In this document: positions 59,041-64,000 of the stretch, piece after piece | Position numbering within the stretch: position 1 is the stretch's first letter | Layout: each line of letters opens with the position of its first letter | NCBI RefSeq assembly: GCF_048593235.1 | Contig: NC_133618.1 | Coordinates: 577,982,889-578,046,888 of the forward strand | Origin: Sminthopsis crassicaudata | Taxonomy: Eukaryota | Reading direction: 5' to 3' | DNA length: 64,000 nt | Notes under the pieces: generated by a model | What the model saw: the letters and a program-made list of their open reading frames with translations, nothing else | What the model was told of the DNA's origin: nothing | Database searches by the model: none | Translations under genes and position numbers: made by a program

Positions 59041-59779
59041 AAAAAATTGAACCTTTTTTTTCTCTCTTCCCATCAACCAACCAAACAAACCCATTTAACA
59101 AATAAATGCAACCAAGCAAAACAAATTCCTGCATTGTCATGTCCAAAAATATGTGTCATCCTCAGGAGTGTGCTAATAAATACTTCTTAATGGTTCTGTG
59201 AGGGAAAGTGTATGCACACACATTTTCAGCCTTTTGGGTAAAGGCAATCAACAAAACCATAAACCTAAGCAGGATGTATAGGAATTGCAGATTTCTGAAG
59301 TGTAAATGCTTATACCTAAACATTTAACAGTGGGTTCTCACAAACAGGTTAGAGCTGCCTTCAGCTCAATCCTGCCCCTCCTAGAATCTGTATTTAATCC
59401 ATAGAATTGGTGGGAGGACGAACTGATACAATATAAAAACACTTTATAAATCTTAAAGAACTCTATAAATGCTAGTTATTATTATTATAACAATAAGTAC
59501 TGTGACTTTGAGTAACTCATTTTCCCCTTATTAGGTCTCAGTTTTCTCTTTTCTAAAATGAAAGGATGCACATGATGAATTTTTAAGGTCCCTTCCAATA
59601 CTAGAATTCTATAAAGTGAGTTGCTACATTTTTCTAGGACTATGAAATATTTTCCCCAGGGATTTCCCAGGAGTCAGGCATGACATCACCACTGATCCCC
59701 CAAATCTATATCTTTGGAGGTTTCTTTACTCTCAAATAAGCTCAAACTCCAGATTCCCTGGGGGCAGAAGCTTCAGTAT

Positions 59780-60212
59780 TGTGATAAATGAAAAGTCTGA
59801 GAGACAGTTTCTGGGTAATAATCAATTTATTAATGATGGCTAGTAAATAATTAACAAAACTAGGTAAGTAGTACTCTCTCAAGAGACCAAGCCAAAACTG
59901 AAGGAATATTGAATGCTTTAAAAAGCTTTTTTAAAAAGGAGGTGTACCTGAGGATGGAAATCAAGTGTAATTGGTTAACAATCAATGAGGAGATAGATGA
60001 GGATGTTGACTGAAAGCTATTAGCCCCTCATGCTGAGGACTCCTCTGAGTCCAGCTATGAAGGCATCCATCTTTACCAAGTCTATGAACAATGAACAATG
60101 ATGGTGGGGTAAGACAATGTCATCCACCAGCAATGACCTTCAGAGCCTGGCTGAATAACTTATAGGACTTGATTTCTGAATGAGGAAATAAGAAAGGAAA
60201 ACCTTAATCTCA
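59780..60212 (-). mobile_element. Possible solo LTR
   Basis: TG...CA termini and a 'tttatt' near the left end as in reverse-oriented LTRs; no clean TSD. Confidence 0.35.
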
Positions 60213-60599
60213 ATTTAATAATTTAATAATAATAATTTAAAAATTAATTTAATAATACTAGAAGAGAAAAAAATATTTCTCTCAGTATTAGAAGTGCCAC
60301 AAATCCCTCCTAGGGACTCATGCTACCCAATTTTCCCTCAGCTCTTTCCTTCTCTTAAACCAAATGAAAAAGATCAGGATAAAATAAGACTTTATTGCAG
60401 AATTAAATAGGAAGAATGATCGAACAAAGTAGAAACAAGGATTATATAATCTCTGCCTGAGGTTCTCCTCTGACACAGAGGATCTAGGTATGCTTTAGAG
60501 ATCTTTCATTCTCTAGTTCATTGTCTACCCAGGTGGCATCTAAAAGTTTCAGTACACAGCATTTCCCCTAAGAGAGTCACTGCCTTTCCTTAAAAGTAG

Positions 60600-60820
60600 G
60601 TGGTTAGAAGGTGCAGTAGATAGAGTGCTGGGCCTAGCATCAGGAAGCCAAATGTGGCTTCAGAGATTTACTCATTGTGTGATCCTGGGTAAGTCATTTA
60701 ACCCTGTTTGCCTCAGTTCCTCATCTATACAATGAGCTAGAAAAGGAAATGGCAAACCACTTCAGTATCTTTGCCAGGAAAACCCAAATGGTGACACCAA
60801 GAATTGGACTGAACAATAAC
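60600..60820 (+). mobile_element. MAR1-type SINE (tRNA head, CORE, RTE-derived tail)
   Basis: 'ggtgcagtagatagagtgctggg...cctcagttcctcatct...gaaaaggaaatggcaaaccacttcagtatctttgcc...ggactgaacaa'. Confidence 0.85.
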
Positions 60821-61279
60821 CCTTAAAAACACTAAGTCTTATAATGATCAAAACAAAGTTTAAAAGACGAAGAAAGGACTCACTAACAAATTAAAAGGGA
60901 AAAAATTCTAGAAGCTACCTTTCTGTGTAGTGAGAGGCAATCCCCCACATATAATAGCATGGGAATGTCATTGTATGACTCAAAGGGAGGTAGAATAGAA
61001 ATCTCTAGCCTCTTCTTCCTGATCTCTTCCGGGCTTTTCCAAAGGGGAATTTAATTCCTGCTAAGAAAGAGAGCAGGAAGTTGGGGCCAGGAGCTTGGCT
61101 ACTCAGCTTTTCTCCAAGAGATGGGGACCTAGGTTAGAATTGTACCTACTTGTTCCCTAAAATATTGTTAGTCCAGGGGATGTGATTTTCAGATTCAATT
61201 TAATTTCTTGTTTTTTTATTCCATTAGTTGGAAAAGCTCTATATGCAAGACTTGACCCTTTTTCCATTATCAACTTCAA

Positions 61280-61282
<3 letters not shown>

Positions 61283-61342
<60 letters not shown>
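61283..61342. repeat. (AT)30 microsatellite
   Basis: Perfect run, with a shorter interrupted continuation to about 61360. Confidence 0.97.
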
Positions 61343-61347
<5 letters not shown>

Positions 61348-62379
61348 TTATATATATATATAGTGATTATAAAAGAAACCCATTTATCCAATAATGGAAA
61401 AACAAAAATCAAAGGAAGTATATATGAACTATATTCCATCTTTCATAACTCCAGATCAGAATGCTAGCTCATTCTTTAAAGCTTCTGTTTTTCTAAATGC
61501 TATATCTCCCTATCTCTCCCATCATCCTGCTATTTTTGATGATATGGTCCTTATTTGAACCATACAGATAAGTCTGCTTAATCTTAGGCAAACTTAGGCA
61601 AGCTAAGTCTAGCTTGGCTGTGGCCATTCCGGTTAGCTACCTCCCTGCCCCAGTTCCTAATAATCTTCCTACTCACATCCATATCTCCCACTGAATCTTA
61701 GAGTCCAAAGTTGCATTTCTTTTCTCTGGCTTTCTTTCGTTTTTCTTCCTCCAATGTAACTGTGAAAATCCAAGCTACATCTCAAAAGATTCCCATAAGG
61801 GAGAAGGATATGGATCAGATTCACTGCCCTCCATAATGTTTGTCTATGGCTAAAAGAAAGAAGAGCAACTCTATCTCAAGAGCAAAGATGTGTCCTTCAC
61901 ATGCTTAGGTTAGTAAGCTAACTGATACTGGAAGGGGCTTCTGAGTTCCAGCTTCTCTGTCCTGATAAAGGGATAGAAGGCATTTGGCCTGGACTCACCT
62001 CCAGAGGTACCTGATTGCCCTTTTTTTCCCCATTTCTAACCTTGCTCAATCCTGTTCTCTCTTTTCCTTCCCATTATAGCAGGAATAAGTAAGAGAAGGG
62101 GTTGGATCAAGTCATCTTTGGACCTGGTGAAATCAACTGATAATTCTTGGAGCTGTTCATTAGTCATGATTTAAAGGAAGAGATGTGAGAAGACATATTC
62201 TCATCCCTTTACAGAAGTGGGAGGTCCATAAGTATGTTATATTACAGATATTCTCAGTTTTTTTTTTTTTGAGTTGTAATCAATTATACTGATTTTCTTT
62301 CCATTTCTTTTTTTGTCATAAAACATTAAAAAAATTCATAACCCAAGGCCACTATTCCTCAGATCACTTTATACATATC

Positions 62380-62940
62380 AGATTGCCAATATGATAGAAA
62401 AAGAAAATTACAAATGTAGAAGGGGATATGGGAAAATTGGGACATTAATGCAATTGTTGGTAGAGTTGTGAACCAATCCAACTATTCTAAAGAGCAATTT
62501 GGAATTAACCCACAAAAGCTATAATACTGCATATCCTTTGACTTAGAAACACTATTAGGTCTGCATCCTGAAGAGATTTAAAAATTTTGTTTTAAGAAAA
62601 AATTTGTTAGTGGTATTAAGAATTGGAAATTGAGGGGATGCCTATGAACTGTATAAGTTGTAGTATATAGATGTGATGGAATACTTTTGTGATTAGCAAG
62701 ATGCTTTCAGAAAAACCTGAAAAGACCTACATAAACTGATACAAAGGGAAGTCAGCTGACACAGAAGAGTATTGTACATAATAACTTAGTATAAGGCTGA
62801 TCAACTGTGAAAAATAGCTATTTTTAGCAATTCAATGATCTGAGATAGTTCTGAAGGACCCATAATAAAAAAATACACCCAGCTCCAGAGAAATAATTGA
62901 TAGAGTCTAAATGAAAATCAAAATACTTTTTTTTAAACTT
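62380..62940 (+). mobile_element. Old degraded L1 ORF2 end / 3' UTR
   Basis: 'gggaaaattgggacattaatgcaattgttggtagagttgtgaac...gcaatttggaatta...ctttgac'. Confidence 0.75.
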
Positions 62941-62949
62941 TATTTTAAT

Positions 62950-63088
62950 GGAATGTAAGGCAGTTGGGGTTAAATGAGTTGCCCAGGGTCACACAGCTAG
63001 GAAGTGTTAAGTGTCTGAGACTAATTTCAACTGAGGTCCTCCTGACTTCAGCGCTGATGCTCTATCCACCTTGCCACCTAGCTGTCCC
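62950..63088 (-). mobile_element. WSINE1-type SINE
   Basis: Reverse of GGGACAGCTAGGTGGCAAGGTGGATAGAGC...GTGTGACCCTGGGCAACTCATTTAACCCC. Confidence 0.85.
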
Positions 63089-63089
63089 T

Positions 63090-63580
63090 CCCTTCATCAT
63101 TTCTTATGGCACAATAGTATTTCATCACATTCATATACCATAATTTGTTCAGCCATTCCCCAATTGATGGACATCTCCTCAGTTTTCATTTTTTTGCTAC
63201 CACAGAAAGAGAAATTATAAATATTTTTGTACATATGGATACTTTCCCCTCTTTTTGATTACTTTTGGGAGTGGAGCTAGTAATGGTATTAGTTCAAATA
63301 GTATGCTCAGTTTAATAGCTTTTTGGACATAGTTCCAAATTTTTTTCTAGAATGGTTTGACTAGTTCATAGCTCTGCTAATAGTGCATTATGTTTTCCCA
63401 CATCCTTCTAGCATTTGTCATATTCCATTTTTGTCACTGTAGCCAATTTGATGGGTATGGGGTAATACTGCAGAGTTATTTTAATGGGCATTTCTTTAAT
63501 TACTAGTGATATAGAACATTGTTTTTTCCTATGGCTACAGATTGCTTTGATTTCTTCCTTTGAAAGCTGCCTATTCAACC
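63090..63580 (-). mobile_element. Old L1 ORF2 C-terminal fragment
   Basis: 'cagccattccccaattgatggac', 'gcatttctttaatta'; ORF 63408-63635 is L1-like (MPIKITLQYYPIPIKLA). Confidence 0.8.
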
Positions 63581-63671
63581 TCTCAGATTTGTGGAGGAGA
63601 AAGGAATTTCTGACCAAAGAAGAACTAGAGACCATGATTGATCACAAAATAAAAAATTTTGATTATATTAA
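63581..63671 (+). mobile_element. Short L1 ORF2 fragment, opposite orientation
   Basis: Translates DLWRRKEFLTKEELETMIDHKIKNFDYI, an ORF2-like peptide. Confidence 0.65.
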
Positions 63672-64000
63672 TGTTAGGGGTCACAACCCCAGCTCTCGGG
63701 TGGAACAGGCCTTATGTGACCAGCACTGCCTGTCCACCTGAAATGGCGAAGACTGTGAGTAATGAGGGGCGAGAGCCAGGGTGGGATGAGACTCCGTTTA
63801 TTACAAAGACTGCAGGTCCTTTTATCATTTTGGTTCTTGTTTCTAGTTACTACTTCATATGTAATCATATCCTAGCCTATAGTAGATACATGATTCTCTT
63901 CAGGAAGCTACACATACATATGTTGTGTGCATTCCTTTCCTAATAAGGATATTCAAGGTACTCCCCTCTAAGGTCCCGCATGCCTTTTCTGGGAACTGCC
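63672..64000 (-). mobile_element. Probable ERV LTR (runs off the window end)
   Basis: On the - strand: TATA-like GATAAAA (63826-63820), AATAAA (63802-63797), ending ...ACCCCTAACA at 63672; the L1 peptide stops abruptly at this junction. Confidence 0.55.

Noticed and set aside
61182-61439. ORFs with IYIYIY runs
   Set aside because: Translation of the (AT)30 microsatellite.

Overview
Marsupial genomic DNA (inferred from WSINE1/MAR1-type SINEs and the L1 3' ends; most likely a dasyurid such as Tasmanian devil; draft assembly with three N-gaps). It covers the conserved therian block GBF1 (last 10 coding exons, +), NFKB2 (complete, 22 coding exons, 898 aa, +), PSD/EFA6A (complete, 16 coding exons, 1031 aa, -, plus the internal first exon of the Sec7-less short isoform EFA6As), FBXL15 (296 aa, +), CUEDC2 (290 aa, -) and MIR146B (+), then an AT-rich, repeat-dense tail (55-64 kb). 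All exons were traced by hand with GT-AG boundaries and consistent phases; comparisons to human proteins are from memory, not from a search. I found no new protein-coding system. The best leads are regulatory: a 30-bp IRF/STAT/NF-kB composite element upstream of mir-146b; miR-146 seed sites in two neighbouring genes; RFX X-boxes and a split REST site at the PSD promoter; similarly placed uORFs in both PSD leaders; a SINE-borne CTCF-like motif beside the NFKB2 CpG island; and a cryptic NFKB2 exon that would remove the processing degron. These are motif-level hypotheses, untested here. Repeat boundaries are approximate.
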